Below are positions 1-10,473 of a DNA stretch of 64,000 nucleotides, one piece after another. A program made the position numbers and the translations under genes. The notes under the pieces are model-generated. The model saw only the letters and a program-made list of their open reading frames with translations. It was not told the origin of the DNA and made no database searches. The DNA is taken from contig CAWBRT010000004.1 in assembly GCA_963791145.1 (NCBI GenBank), forward strand, positions 11,217 to 75,216. The letters are read 5' to 3'. Source of the DNA: an uncultured Acidobacteriota bacterium. GTDB lineage: Bacteria > Acidobacteriota > Terriglobia > Terriglobales > Acidobacteriaceae. Position 1 is the first letter of the stretch; every line of letters starts with the position of its first letter.

Positions 1-2
1 CC

Positions 3-179
3 GAGCTGCGTCGAGTCTATCGGATCAATCAAGGCACCAAAGTAAGATTCGAGCGCATCAAGGGCGGGATCGCCGTCTACCCCAACTACGAGGACAGCAT
101 CAGCCAGGCGCGCGGCATTGCGGCAGGCCTTGGACTTCCTAATTGTGTTGATCGTGATCCCGAGCGTGAACTGGGATGA
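3..179 (+). CDS. Partial antitoxin (C-terminal end), runs off the window start; partner of the downstream PIN toxin
   Basis: Frame-3 translation reads ...VRFERIKGGIAVYPNYEDSISQARGIAAGL... and ends at a TGA that overlaps the ATG of the next gene (ATGA coupling). Confidence 0.45.
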   Translation, partial: ELRRVYRINQGTKVRFERIKGGIAVYPNYEDSISQARGIAAGLGLPNCVDRDPERELG

Positions 180-598
180 GACAGTACGTACTCGACGCCA
201 ATGCCTTGCTCCGATTCATCATCAACGCCGACGGCGCCGAGATGGTTGAAAAGGTCCTCAAAGAGGCCAGTGCCAGCGAAACGCGGGTCATGATGTCCGT
301 GGTGAACTGGGGCGAAGTGTATTACACAATGGCTCGCCGGATCGGACTAGCCAAAACCGATCAGCTATTGACCGAAACCTTGGAGAAGACACACTTGTGG
401 TTGATTCAAGTCGATCAGGAAAGTATCGCCAAGGTCGCTCGCCTGAAGGCACAAAATCACGACGTCCCATATGCAGATTGCTTCGCGGCAGCGCTCGCCG
501 GCAGCCGGCACGTCCTGGTCACCGCCGACGTCAAGCACTTCGAGCGAGTCCGAACCCCGAAACTACGCCTTCTGAAGTTGCCTCCGGCCAAGCAATAG
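176..598 (+). CDS. vapC: PIN-domain toxin (VapC family)
   Basis: 140 aa; N-terminal VLDANAL motif, later acidic residues and C-terminal LVTAD motif typical of a PIN fold; translationally coupled to the upstream small ORF. Confidence 0.75.
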   Translation: MRQYVLDANALLRFIINADGAEMVEKVLKEASASETRVMMSVVNWGEVYYTMARRIGLAKTDQLLTETLEKTHLWLIQVDQESIAKVARLKAQNHDVPYADCFAAALAGSRHVLVTADVKHFERVRTPKLRLLKLPPAKQ

Positions 599-879
599 GT
601 TTTCAACGCAATTGCGGAACGAGGGCTCGAGTGCGGCCCGCGGCTCGAGCGGCTGCAGCGCCGGCGCCAAGGGGAAGCAGTGCCGCCACCCGTCAACGCT
701 CACCTCTCGGTCGAACGACAGTAATCGGGATCAAGTCCCGCGTGGCAATCGCCCACTAGCGGTTGCCCGCGGGGCTGGCCAGCGTCATCAGTCCGTACCC
801 CGGCCCCGCAGCAACGCACATCTAAATCACCTCTGGGGTTACGGATTTACATGATTTGGGAGCAGCAGCATACGAGAGC

Positions 880-920
880 AGGAGCATTGTAATACAAGAT
901 ATTATTTTGTATTATTATGA
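880..920 (+). promoter_or_regulatory. Inverted-repeat operator immediately upstream of the RHH antitoxin gene
   Basis: tgtAATACAAgatattattTTGTATTattatgacatATG: AATACAA/TTGTATT inverted repeat spanning the -10 region to the start codon. Confidence 0.4.
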
Positions 921-923
921 CAT

Positions 924-1175
924 ATGAGCAGCACCGAAAAAACCATCAGCTTCCGTGCCGTCGCCGAAAAGATCACCGCGCTTGATTCGCTGGCCGCCGC
1001 GCAGAACCGTCCGCGTAGCTATCTCATCAATGAGGCGATCACCAACTACATCGAACTGCACGCCTACCAGGACGAGCTGGTGCGCAAGGGGTTGGAAGAG
1101 ATGCGGAAAGGCCACGTCTTAAGCCATGAGGAGATCATCAAGCGTCTCAAGCGAACGGGGCGAGCACGTAAATGA
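924..1175 (+). CDS. Ribbon-helix-helix antitoxin (ParD/CopG-like)
   Basis: 83 aa; N-terminal beta-strand followed by helices (KTISFRAVAEKITALDSLAAAQNRPRSYLINEAI); start of the next gene overlaps its stop codon. Confidence 0.7.
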   Translation: MSSTEKTISFRAVAEKITALDSLAAAQNRPRSYLINEAITNYIELHAYQDELVRKGLEEMRKGHVLSHEEIIKRLKRTGRARK

Positions 1176-1456
1176 TCGAATGGACCGAGCAGGCGGCCCG
1201 ACAACTGGATCAAGCTCACGATTACATCGCTCTCTCCAACAGCGAGGCGGTCGCCGCCCAGATTACGATGCGGATCGTAACTGGCATTCAACGGCTCGCT
1301 GCCTTCCCGATGTCGGGCAGACCAGGCCGGGTTCCGGGCACCCGTGAGCTGATCATCTCGGATAAGCCTTTTATCGCCGCCTACGCCATCAAAAAAGCCC
1401 GCATTGTGGTCCTCGCCATCTACCACGGCGCACAGCAATGGCCTGAATCCTTCTAA
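1172..1456 (+). CDS. RelE/ParE-family toxin
   Basis: 94 aa; size and position after the RHH gene; IIYRI-like IVVLAIYHGAQ C-terminus. Confidence 0.75.
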   Translation: MIEWTEQAARQLDQAHDYIALSNSEAVAAQITMRIVTGIQRLAAFPMSGRPGRVPGTRELIISDKPFIAAYAIKKARIVVLAIYHGAQQWPESF

Positions 1457-1678
1457 ACACAGGAATTGCCCCAGGAGCACGTTCCCCCAGCTCCGTTCTG
1501 CCACCCGTCAGCTCACCTCACGGTTGTAGGCCTGCTTCGCGCCTTAGTCATGCAGCCGGACATCCCTGACGCGCAAGCCATCGAACGTGCATCCTTCGCT
1601 ACGAACCCATGTTGCAGCGCCAACTATATCGAGCCATGGACGCACTGAGCGGATGCAGCGCCGGCGCCAAAATGCGGC

Positions 1679-1951
1679 TCAGCCTCCGCCCGCAACGGCC
1701 GCGACCAGCACCACTTGATCGCCAGATTTGACAGGCGCTTCCAACCTATCGGGTCCGATCAACTCGTCGTTCAGAAATACCGCCATAATCGGGTTGACAA
1801 CGCCATCCCGGATCCAAATCGAGCGTGCCAGTTGGGGGTGTCTGTCAGTCAGCGTTTCCAGAGCTTTCCTCACCGTATCCGCGGAAACGTAGACGCAGCT
1901 AACCCCGCCGATTCGCTCTTCAAGAAAGTGGGAAAGGCGGATTTGCACCAT
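1679..1951 (-). CDS. MoaD/ThiS-family sulfur-carrier protein
   Basis: Ends ...VAAVAGGG (C-terminal Gly-Gly); an AAGGAG RBS lies before the internal Met (MVQIRLSHF...); positioned immediately downstream of the AOR gene. Confidence 0.55.
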   Translation of the reverse strand: MVQIRLSHFLEERIGGVSCVYVSADTVRKALETLTDRHPQLARSIWIRDGVVNPIMAVFLNDELIGPDRLEAPVKSGDQVVLVAAVAGGG

Positions 1952-3774
1952 CGAGTGCCGCAATCTCCTTGTCAAAAACGGACCAGACCTGTTCGCTCAT
2001 GCTCGAGAAGAACTCGCGGGTAATGAATGGCCCCAGACCCAGGGTCTGATTGGGACGGTCGAAAACTTCGGAGGGTAGCGTGTAATCCGATCGCTCGAAG
2101 CCCTGCTTACGTTCCAGCCACAAGCCCCGCATGTAGGCGCGACGAACGGTGGCCAGCAATTCCGCGGCGGTGATCTCAAGTCCTATCTCATGCTTGAGAG
2201 CGTTGACCAGCAAATCGGGGCTTGTCCCATTGAAACTTGCAAAGTCCCGTCATGTCATCCCGCATCTGGTAGAGGCCGCGTTCGGTGATGGCCTTGACCC
2301 AATACTCCAAGGACATGTCTCGCTCAGCCAGCGGCAAAAGGAGAGTGGCCATCGACATGTGGCCGCCGGCGATGGCAAATGGATATCCCGGATTGGTATC
2401 GGGCAGGTAGGCCGGCAATTCCACTCCCTTGCAGTGCATGGCGTAACCGGTTTCTCCCACTTGCTCGGATAAGCCGTTTACGCCATGCCCGATCTCGGGA
2501 TACCGGCCCGCCGCCGTACCTTGAATCAGGTCCTTGACCTTTTCGACTTCGCCAAAGGTGGCCCCGTTGCAGATTGGTTTTTCGGGATGCCGCTCATTGT
2601 AGTCGAGCACATAGGAAATCGTGGCCCCGAGTGAGATCTGGTCCATTCCGTTGTGGTCGACCATGGAAAGAGCTCACATGCCTGGTTGGGATCGTGAATT
2701 CCCAGATTAGTCGACAGCAGATTCACGGGTTCATAATCGAACTTGGAGAGGAAGCGCCCGCGCTCGCCGGGCGCGGTCTTTTCGTAAAGTTCTTGTGGCA
2801 GTGGATGCCGCAACGGAAACACGATTCCGCCTTAATGTCGAATTGCGGCTCGACCTCGGGACGCGACATCAGCTCGGGTTTGCCGTCCCCCTTCGGCCTG
2901 AAATTGTTCTGCGGTAATAAGTTGACCGGCCCCAACATTTCGTTGCCGCTCCAGGTGCCGCCGAGCCCGCCTTTGTCCTTCTCGCGAAACTTGCGCGAGC
3001 CGGGGCCCGTGCCGATTTCGCGGTTGATGTCGCGGATCTCCGGCTTTACCCTCTAGCTGGTCGTGCGCCTGCGCCACGATGGCGATCACGTTCTTGTAGC
3101 CCAGCACGCTTCCCATGCCGCCGCGGCCCGCGAAGCGGCACTTGTCATCGCCCGATTTCAGAAGGTTTTCGGTGCTCAGCGCCACGGCGCCGAAATAGCA
3201 ACTCTGATAGTGTTCGCCGGCCGGCCCGATTACCGCAAAATGCGCATCGGCATATTCCTGCTTCAGAAGGTTAATTTTCTTGTAGCACGCAAGACCCAGC
3301 AGATGGCGGGCCGGCTTGAATTCCACCTTGGGTCCGTCGCCGCCACCGCGAATTACGATCATGATCGGCTCACTGGCGCGTCCCTCAAAAATCAGTTCGT
3401 CGAGCCCGGTCCATTTCAGTTTGGATCCGAACTTGTCGCTGCCTGCCGACCACATAGCGCCGGGCAGTCCCTTGTTGGAAACTTTCAGTGGACTGTAGGC
3501 CGAAAAGTAGGTCCGTAGCCCTGTCATGAGGCTCGAACCCGTCAGGATGCCGGTGTTCACGATAACGGGGTTTTCCGGTGAATAAGCCCGGGTAACAGTG
3601 CGCGCAGCCAGAAATTGAAGGGAGCGGCCCACCCCACCCAGAACCTCTTCCAGATTTTGGCAAGCAACCTCTGCGATGCGTATACCACGGGAAGACAAGT
3701 CAATCGTGCAGCGAGAATAAAAAACTGCCTTGGGATCGTTTCGTGTTTCGTTGAAAGATAAGCGCACGGCGCAT
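1920..3774 (-). pseudogene. Tungsten-type aldehyde:ferredoxin oxidoreductase (AOR) gene split over at least four frames
   Basis: AOR-like segments in the ORFs 2832-3857 (N-terminal domain: GIRIAEV...LGGVGRSLQFLAAR...IVIRGGGDGPK), 2526-2822, 2188-2664 and 1920-2213 (C-terminal domain); a poly-T tract sits near the N-terminus. Confidence 0.65.
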
Positions 3775-4421
3775 CGTCTCCTTCTCAATCGCAGCAAGGT
3801 CGCGCCCTGGGCTGGACGCTTTGTTGTCAAGAAACGAGACGACGATACTTCGACCACTTAGGCATGTCAAGCCGCTTGAGGGGGCGCGTCCTTATGATCT
3901 GCGGAACCGGCTTGATGCGCACCGGATTTTCAATTCGACACACCTGGCGGAGCAAACACCTGATCAGGCAAAGTCCAGGGTCCGTAAGCCAGCAAGGGCA
4001 ACCAAAGCAGCGAAAGGTGGGAAAAGGCCGGCGAGCGGTTGCCCGCGATTGCAGCTCCTGAGGCCGTGATAGCGCGAGGACTCACAGGATGTCGTGACAT
4101 ACGTCACATTCTGTATCACGCGCTCGCATGTATTATCGCGCAACTTTTGATTGTGTGTGGAAAATTGTGCTCTGAATATTCTTTGTTTTCGACCAACATG
4201 TCGTTTCGGGGTGATCGCCTGTCTAAGGGGCGCTGGCAATTCTGAAAAAGCGCTGGTTTTCCACGTGGACTGATCAAGAGAGGCAACAGACTTGGTCTGC
4301 GGGACATATTGGCGAATTCGCATGAACCGCGATCACGAACGGGTTTACGATCAGAGCTTTCCGACCAGTCTGCAGGGGATAAAGATCAAGCAATATCTAG
4401 CTCACAAAATAAGGGGGAAGT

Positions 4422-5648
4422 ATGTTCAATAGTAGGTTGAGGATCTTTGCCCTCGTATTGCTCATGGGTATTTTGGCTTTGAGTTCGACCATGGCTGAGG
4501 GTCAAAGCATCAAGGTTGGAGCGCTGTATCCTTTCAGCGGCCCGCTTGCCCTGCTTGGGGACGAGAGCTTCCGCGGGCTGGAAATTGCGATCGACGAGAT
4601 CAACGCCGCCGGCGGCATTCAAGGCGGCAAGAAAATCGAGATCGTGAAAGCAGATGGAGTTGACCCGAACGCCGCTGTGGGCGAGGCGCGGCGCCTTACC
4701 TCGGTCGCCGGCGTAAAGGTGATATTTGGGACGTATGCATCAACCATTGCCTTTGCCGCCAGCCAGGTGGCTGAATTGGCGGGCGTTCCCTACTTTGAAC
4801 TCGGCGCTATCTCTGATCCGATTACAGAACGCAAGTTCAAGTACACCTTCCGGACGAATCCCACCTCCAAAATGTTTGCCGCCACCATCGTCGATGTGAT
4901 TAACGATGCCATTGCTCCGGCTCTGAAGGTGAAGGCAAAGGACTTGAAGATCGCCATTATCCATGAGGACAGCCTCTATGGCACAACCGTCGCCGGCTAC
5001 CAAAAAGAGAGAGCCAAGGAAAAAGGTCTGAACGTTGTTGAGATTCTGCCCTACTCGAAGGACACGGTAGATATGTCGTCGCTCATCCTCCGGCTAAAAG
5101 GAGCTGGCGTCGACATCGTGCTGCAGACTTCTTACCTGAACGACTCGGTCCTTTTTTTCCGTCAGATGCACGAAGCTGGTTTTAAGCCGAAAGCCGTAAT
5201 CGGGGCTGGCGGTGGCTATTCGATGATAGACACTGTCAAAGCTGTAGGCGCCAAGAATGTTGAAGGCGCCTTCGATGTTGACTTCACCCAGTACCGCACC
5301 AATCCCAAGGCAGCCCCCGGCATCGCCGACTTTCTCAAGAAGTACAGGGCCAAGTACGGCACCGAGCCCAGGTCCGGGCACAGCCTTACCAACTACTTCG
5401 GTGCAAAAGCCATCTTCGCCGCCATCAACAAGGCCGGTTCCATGGACAAGGATGCCATTCGCACCCAGGTCATGAGCCTTGATATTCCGGCTGGAACCAC
5501 GGCCACCGGTTGGGGAGTGAAGTTCGGTCCTGATGGACAGAATACCCGCTGTGCGCCGTTCCTGATGCAGTGGCAGAACGGCGAACTGGTCACCGTGTAC
5601 CCGCCATCTGCGGCGGTTGCCAAGCTTAAGACCGGTGTGGGCATATAG
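4422..5648 (+). CDS. livK: Branched-chain amino-acid ABC transporter substrate-binding protein (LivK/LivJ family) with signal peptide
   Basis: 408 aa; N-terminal hydrophobic signal; type-I periplasmic binding fold motifs (GALYPFSGPLALLG, VKVIFGTYAS); AAGGGGGAAG RBS. Confidence 0.8.
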   Translation: MFNSRLRIFALVLLMGILALSSTMAEGQSIKVGALYPFSGPLALLGDESFRGLEIAIDEINAAGGIQGGKKIEIVKADGVDPNAAVGEARRLTSVAGVKVIFGTYASTIAFAASQVAELAGVPYFELGAISDPITERKFKYTFRTNPTSKMFAATIVDVINDAIAPALKVKAKDLKIAIIHEDSLYGTTVAGYQKERAKEKGLNVVEILPYSKDTVDMSSLILRLKGAGVDIVLQTSYLNDSVLFFRQMHEAGFKPKAVIGAGGGYSMIDTVKAVGAKNVEGAFDVDFTQYRTNPKAAPGIADFLKKYRAKYGTEPRSGHSLTNYFGAKAIFAAINKAGSMDKDAIRTQVMSLDIPAGTTATGWGVKFGPDGQNTRCAPFLMQWQNGELVTVYPPSAAVAKLKTGVGI

Positions 5649-5716
5649 TTTTCGCCGACGCTCCCGGGGGGACGCTAACGCGTCCCCTTTTCTCCTGACC
5701 GCAACGTCCAACAATT

Positions 5717-6589
5717 ATGGAAATTCTACTGCAGCTTGTGGTCAACGGCCTGTTACTGGGCGGCATGTATGCCATTGTGAGTGTCGGTCTGACCCTCATT
5801 TTTGGCGTGATTCGGGTGGCCAACTTCGCCCATGGCGAGCTGCTGATGATCGGTATGTACGCCGTTTATCTGCTGAATAAGTACCTGGGCCTTCATCCCT
5901 ATGTCGCGGCAGGCCCGGTGATTGTGCTGCTGTTTATCATCGGCGCTGCGATCCAGCGTTTTATCATTCAACCGCTGTTGAATTCCGATCCCGAAATCCA
6001 GATCTTCGCCACCGTCGGATTATCCACCGCACTGATGAACCTGGCGCTGCTGTTATTTGGCGCCAACATGGTTTCCGTGGGAGCTACGGGACTGCGCGAG
6101 GGCCTCAAGGTTGGACCGGTGCAGCTGATCTACGCGAATATCGTAATGTTCTTCATGGCCGTCCTGCTGGTCATCGGGTTGAACCTGTTTCTTACCCGGA
6201 CATACATGGGCCGCGCCATCCGCGCCACCTCCCAGAATCGCTTCGCAGCTCCGCTGATGGGTATTAACGTGAAGAAGGTGTATATCCTCACCTTCGGCAT
6301 CGGCGCCGCCTGCGTCGGGCTGGCTGCCGCGTTGGTGTCGCCGACGTATCCGGCTTTTCCCACGATCGGCACCTACTTCGTTCTCACCGCCTTTGTCGTC
6401 GTGGTTCTGGGAGGAATGGGGAGTCTGTACGGCGCCTTCGCCGGGTCCATGATTATTGGCGTGGTTGACTCGCTGAGCGGGTTCTACATTGCTCCGAACC
6501 TCAGGGAGGTCGTTTACTTCCTGATTTTCATCGTCATCCTTGTCGCACGACCCACAGGATTATTCGGTCTCGGCCGGGGAGCGGAATGA
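5717..6589 (+). CDS. livH: Branched-chain amino-acid ABC permease LivH
   Basis: 290 aa polytopic membrane protein; LivH-like ANFAHGELLMIG motif. Confidence 0.8.
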   Translation: MEILLQLVVNGLLLGGMYAIVSVGLTLIFGVIRVANFAHGELLMIGMYAVYLLNKYLGLHPYVAAGPVIVLLFIIGAAIQRFIIQPLLNSDPEIQIFATVGLSTALMNLALLLFGANMVSVGATGLREGLKVGPVQLIYANIVMFFMAVLLVIGLNLFLTRTYMGRAIRATSQNRFAAPLMGINVKKVYILTFGIGAACVGLAAALVSPTYPAFPTIGTYFVLTAFVVVVLGGMGSLYGAFAGSMIIGVVDSLSGFYIAPNLREVVYFLIFIVILVARPTGLFGLGRGAE

Positions 6590-6680
6590 CGAAACTCGAT
6601 TCTGTACTGTTTCCCAATTGCCATTCCCAAGGCAGATGCGCACGGATGCGGGTCGAGTTACAAAGAGGGACGTCGAACAA

Positions 6681-8519
6681 ATGAAGCAGGAAACTGTTGT
6701 CGGCGAGCGCTCCGTCCGTTCAAGCTGGGAGCTGCTGCGGACTCTCGTGGAGCCCAGGGTCTATCTCAGCGTAGTCGCTCTCTTAGTGCTGCTGGCGATT
6801 CCGATTGCGGTGGACTCTTCGTTTGTCTACCACGTTTTTGTCACCATCTGTTTGTATGGCGCGCTGGCCATCGCCTGGAATATTGTTGGCGGTTACGTGG
6901 GGCAGCTCTCGCTTGGCCATGCCAGTTTTTACGGCATCGGCGGATACACGTCGGTACTTTTGCTGGATCATTATCAGATTTCTCCTTGGCTCAGCATGTG
7001 GATTGGGGCTGCTTTGGCAGCATTAGTTGGGGTGGCCATCAGCTATCCATGCTTCCGGTTGCGCGGGCCATTCTTTGCTCTGGGCTCAATCGCCTTCCTG
7101 CAGGTCTTTCGGCTTCTGGTCGTGCATGAAAGCGCTCTGACCGGCGGAGCATCGGGCTTGATCGTGCCGCTGAATCTCGGATGGAAGTGGATGATCTTTC
7201 AGGAAAAGGAGCCGTACTTACTGATCGCCTTTGGATTCCTGTCCGTCAATCTTCTGATCTCGTTGGCCATCAGGAAATCGCGTTTCGGCTACCAAGCGCT
7301 GGCGGTTCGCGAGCGGGAAGATGCCGCCATGGCTGCCGGGATCAACACCGTCCGGGTCAAAGTCTTTGCCGTGCTGATCTCAGCAGCGCTCACGGCCATG
7401 GTGGGCTCGTTCCACGCCATGTACATGACCTTCATCGACCCTCCGACGATGTTTTCGCTGGAATTTTCCATACAGATCACCATGTTTGCCCTCATCGGCG
7501 GACTCGGCACGGTCGCCGGTCCGCTGGCCGGCACACTCTTGGTGGTTCCGCTGACCGAGTTGGCCCGAGGATGGTTGGGCGGTGCTGCCGGTGGGTTGCA
7601 CGGCTTCGTGTACGGAGTAGTGCTGCTGATCATCGTGTTGCTGCTGCCGGCGGGAATCGTTGGCCGCTTTGGACCTGCTATTTCAAGGTTAGTCAATCGC
7701 TTCCCGGGTACGCGCCCGATCGGTGAACCGGAGGTGATGGCGGACTTTCCCCGGATTGTGACCCATGTTGCCGAGGGCCAGCCTATGCTGTCGGCGAAGA
7801 ACATCGTCAAGCGCTTTGGCGGCTTGGCCGCGACCGACAACGTCACTATGGATTTGCGCAAAGGAGAGATTCTGGGACTGATCGGGCCGAACGGGGCGGG
7901 AAAGACAACGATCTTCAACCAGTTGTCGGGGTTTATCGTTCCGGACTCGGGGACGGTCGAGGTGATTAACGAGGCTGGCCATAAGGTCTCTCCCACGGCA
8001 CCCCACGAATTCGCCAAAGCAGGAATCGGGCGAACCTTTCAAATTGTTCAGCCCTTCGGCAAGCTCACAGTTTTGGAAAACATCGTGATCGGGGCGCTCC
8101 ACAAATGTCGCTCCACTTCCGACGCTCGTCTAAAGGCGCTCAAAGTTGCCCGGCAAGTGGGGCTTTACGAAGACCGGTACACGGTCGCCAACAACTTGAC
8201 CATCGGTGGCCTAAAGCGCCTTGAGGTGGCTCGGGTTCTGGCAATGGAGCCGCAGATTCTGCTTCTGGATGAGGTCATGGCCGGTCAGAATCTCACCGAT
8301 GTCAACCTCTCAGTGGAGATGATTCGCAAGATCCGCGACAAGGGTGTCACCGTCATCGCCATTGAGCACAACATGCATGCCATCATGAGGATATCCGATC
8401 GGGTTATCGTCTTTAACTCTGGGCGCATTATCGCCGAAGGGACTCCCGGGGAAGTGGCCCGAGATCCGGCAGTTATTGAAGCTTATTTGGGCGAGGAATA
8501 CATCCATGCTCAAGCTTAA
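6681..8519 (+). CDS. Fused LivM-type permease and LivG-type ATPase
   Basis: N-terminal ~330 aa polytopic permease; C-terminal Walker A GPNGAGKTT, signature LTIGGLKRLEVAR and Walker B LLLDEV; AGAGGGA RBS before the ATG at 6681. Confidence 0.75.
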   Translation: MKQETVVGERSVRSSWELLRTLVEPRVYLSVVALLVLLAIPIAVDSSFVYHVFVTICLYGALAIAWNIVGGYVGQLSLGHASFYGIGGYTSVLLLDHYQISPWLSMWIGAALAALVGVAISYPCFRLRGPFFALGSIAFLQVFRLLVVHESALTGGASGLIVPLNLGWKWMIFQEKEPYLLIAFGFLSVNLLISLAIRKSRFGYQALAVREREDAAMAAGINTVRVKVFAVLISAALTAMVGSFHAMYMTFIDPPTMFSLEFSIQITMFALIGGLGTVAGPLAGTLLVVPLTELARGWLGGAAGGLHGFVYGVVLLIIVLLLPAGIVGRFGPAISRLVNRFPGTRPIGEPEVMADFPRIVTHVAEGQPMLSAKNIVKRFGGLAATDNVTMDLRKGEILGLIGPNGAGKTTIFNQLSGFIVPDSGTVEVINEAGHKVSPTAPHEFAKAGIGRTFQIVQPFGKLTVLENIVIGALHKCRSTSDARLKALKVARQVGLYEDRYTVANNLTIGGLKRLEVARVLAMEPQILLLDEVMAGQNLTDVNLSVEMIRKIRDKGVTVIAIEHNMHAIMRISDRVIVFNSGRIIAEGTPGEVARDPAVIEAYLGEEYIHAQA

Positions 8520-9210
8520 TCACGTTCAGGCCGGATACGGCAAAGTCACGATTCTTAATGACGTGTCCATTGAGGTCGGAGAAGGCCAGGTGGTTACCAT
8601 CATCGGCGCAAATGGCGCCGGCAAGACAACGACGCTGCGCGCCATCTCGGGGCAAATTCCGATCACCGCCGGCGAGATTATCTTTGATGGCAAAGTCATC
8701 AGCGGATTGCCGGCGCATGAGGTGGTGAACCGCGGAATTACCATGGTGCCGGAAGCTCGCCAGTTGTTCCCCTTCATGAGTGTTTTGGATAACCTGATGC
8801 TTGGGGCATTTAAGCCCAGCGCACGGGATACGGCTGGCGAACGGCTTGAAGAAGTATTACAGCTTTTCCCCAGGGTGAAAGAGCGATTGAGATTGCAGGC
8901 AGGCGTCTTATCAGGAGGAGAGCAGCAGATGGTGGCCATTGCCCGGGGGCTTATGGCGAATCCCAAGCTGCTGATGTTTGACGAACCATCGCTTGGACTG
9001 TCGCCGCTGCTGGTGAAACAGGTTTTCGAAATCATTGACAAGATCGTGAGCATCGGCAAGACGGTCTTAATCGTCGAGCAGAATGTTTTCCACACGCTGA
9101 GAATTGCTGAGCGCGGTTACGTCATCGAAAATGGCCGGATCGTGATGGAAGACACAGGCGCCGCGTTGTTGGGCAATCCTCATGTAAAGACCGCTTACCT
9201 GGGGATATAG
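8505..9210 (+). CDS. livF: Branched-chain amino-acid ABC transporter ATP-binding protein LivF
   Basis: Walker A GANGAGKTT, signature LSGGEQQMVAIARGL and Walker B LMFDEPS. Confidence 0.85.
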
Positions 9211-9575
9211 CAGGTTACTGAAGAACGCGCCTCGGCACCGAGCGAGGCGCTCCGGAATGTGGAACTCAAAGGAAATCTCCGCAACCGCCGGCGATCTGAA
9301 CCTGCCAGAAATTCGTTTTCAGCAACCTGTTAGAGCAGTTCTTCTGCAAGGTGCATGCCCAATTCGACACCTAATCCTGAGCGACCGGCGGCCTACGTCC
9401 GGCGTGAGGAAGTTCAAGGATTACGCGGGCATGCTTGGTCGAAGGTAGTAGAATTTGGTCGCGCAAGAACAGCTCGACCTCGGGATGACCGCCTGGGGCT
9501 TTTCGACAGGGTTTGCACTCGGGCCTAAACGCAGCAAGCATCAGCAACCGGTCAGACACTCCGTCGTGTAGCAGG

Positions 9576-10400
9576 ATGAATATGCCCATCACGATAAACG
9601 GCGATACCCAACTCTACGCGATCATCGGCGACCCGATTTTCCAGGTCCATACCCCGGAGATGATGAACGGGCTTTTTGCGCGGGAGGGACTTAATGCCGT
9701 CATGGTCGCCATTCACGTTGCGCCGCAAGGATTCCAAGCGGCAGTGAAGGCGTTTCGTGTCATGAAGAACATGCGCGGCTTTATTGCGACCGTACCGCAC
9801 AAGCCAGCCGCTGCCGCCCTGTGCGATGAAATCGGAGAGACGGGCCGCGCCATCGGTGCAGTCAACGCTGTGCGGCGGGAAGCCGATGGAAGGCTGGTGG
9901 GGGAAATGTTTGACGGCGCCGGCTTTGTCGCTGGCCTGCGGGAGCACGGGCACTATCCTGCCGGCCTTCGCGTGCTGCTCCTGGGCGCGGGAGGCGCCGC
10001 CGCCGCTATGGCCTTCGCGCTGGCACAGGCCGGGGTGGCTTCTCTGACCATCGCCAATCGCACGCGTTCGAAGGCAGAGAGCATTCAGGCGCTGGTGAGG
10101 AAGTCTTTCCCCGACCGGATCGTCAAGGTAGGGGAGGCCGATCCCACCGGCCACGATCTGATCATCAATGCTACCTCTTTAGGAATGAAGCCCGACGATC
10201 CGCTGCCGCTCGATGCTTCTCTATTGACACCCGACATGAAGGTTGCCGAAGCCATTGCCAAGCCGGAGTTCACGCCGCTTTTGACTACGGCCAGGACCAA
10301 GGGCTGTATCGTGCACTCCGGGCGTCACATGCTCGAGATACAAGCAAACATGTGGATGGACCATTGGTGGCCGAAACAATCCGCGAAAAGCAAGGAATAA
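9576..10400 (+). CDS. Shikimate/quinate 5-dehydrogenase family oxidoreductase
   Basis: Substrate-domain motifs (NGDTQLYAIIGDPI, ATVPHK) and the Rossmann motif LLGAGGAAAAMAFAL. Confidence 0.65.
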   Translation: MNMPITINGDTQLYAIIGDPIFQVHTPEMMNGLFAREGLNAVMVAIHVAPQGFQAAVKAFRVMKNMRGFIATVPHKPAAAALCDEIGETGRAIGAVNAVRREADGRLVGEMFDGAGFVAGLREHGHYPAGLRVLLLGAGGAAAAMAFALAQAGVASLTIANRTRSKAESIQALVRKSFPDRIVKVGEADPTGHDLIINATSLGMKPDDPLPLDASLLTPDMKVAEAIAKPEFTPLLTTARTKGCIVHSGRHMLEIQANMWMDHWWPKQSAKSKE

Positions 10401-10473
10401 GAGAGGTGTTTTCCGAATGGTTGCTTAGAAGGACTGCTACGAACTTTATCCAAGTAAGGGAGGGATTTCAGCC

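Noticed and set aside
7289-8017. Long antisense ORFs inside high-GC genes (for example 7289-8017, 5094-5714, 22361-23209, 39977-40831, 56009-57109, 31706-32152)
   Set aside because: They are mirror-frame ORFs typical of high-GC DNA. The proteins are Arg/Ala/Pro-rich low-complexity with no motifs, and they overlap confidently assigned genes on the other strand.
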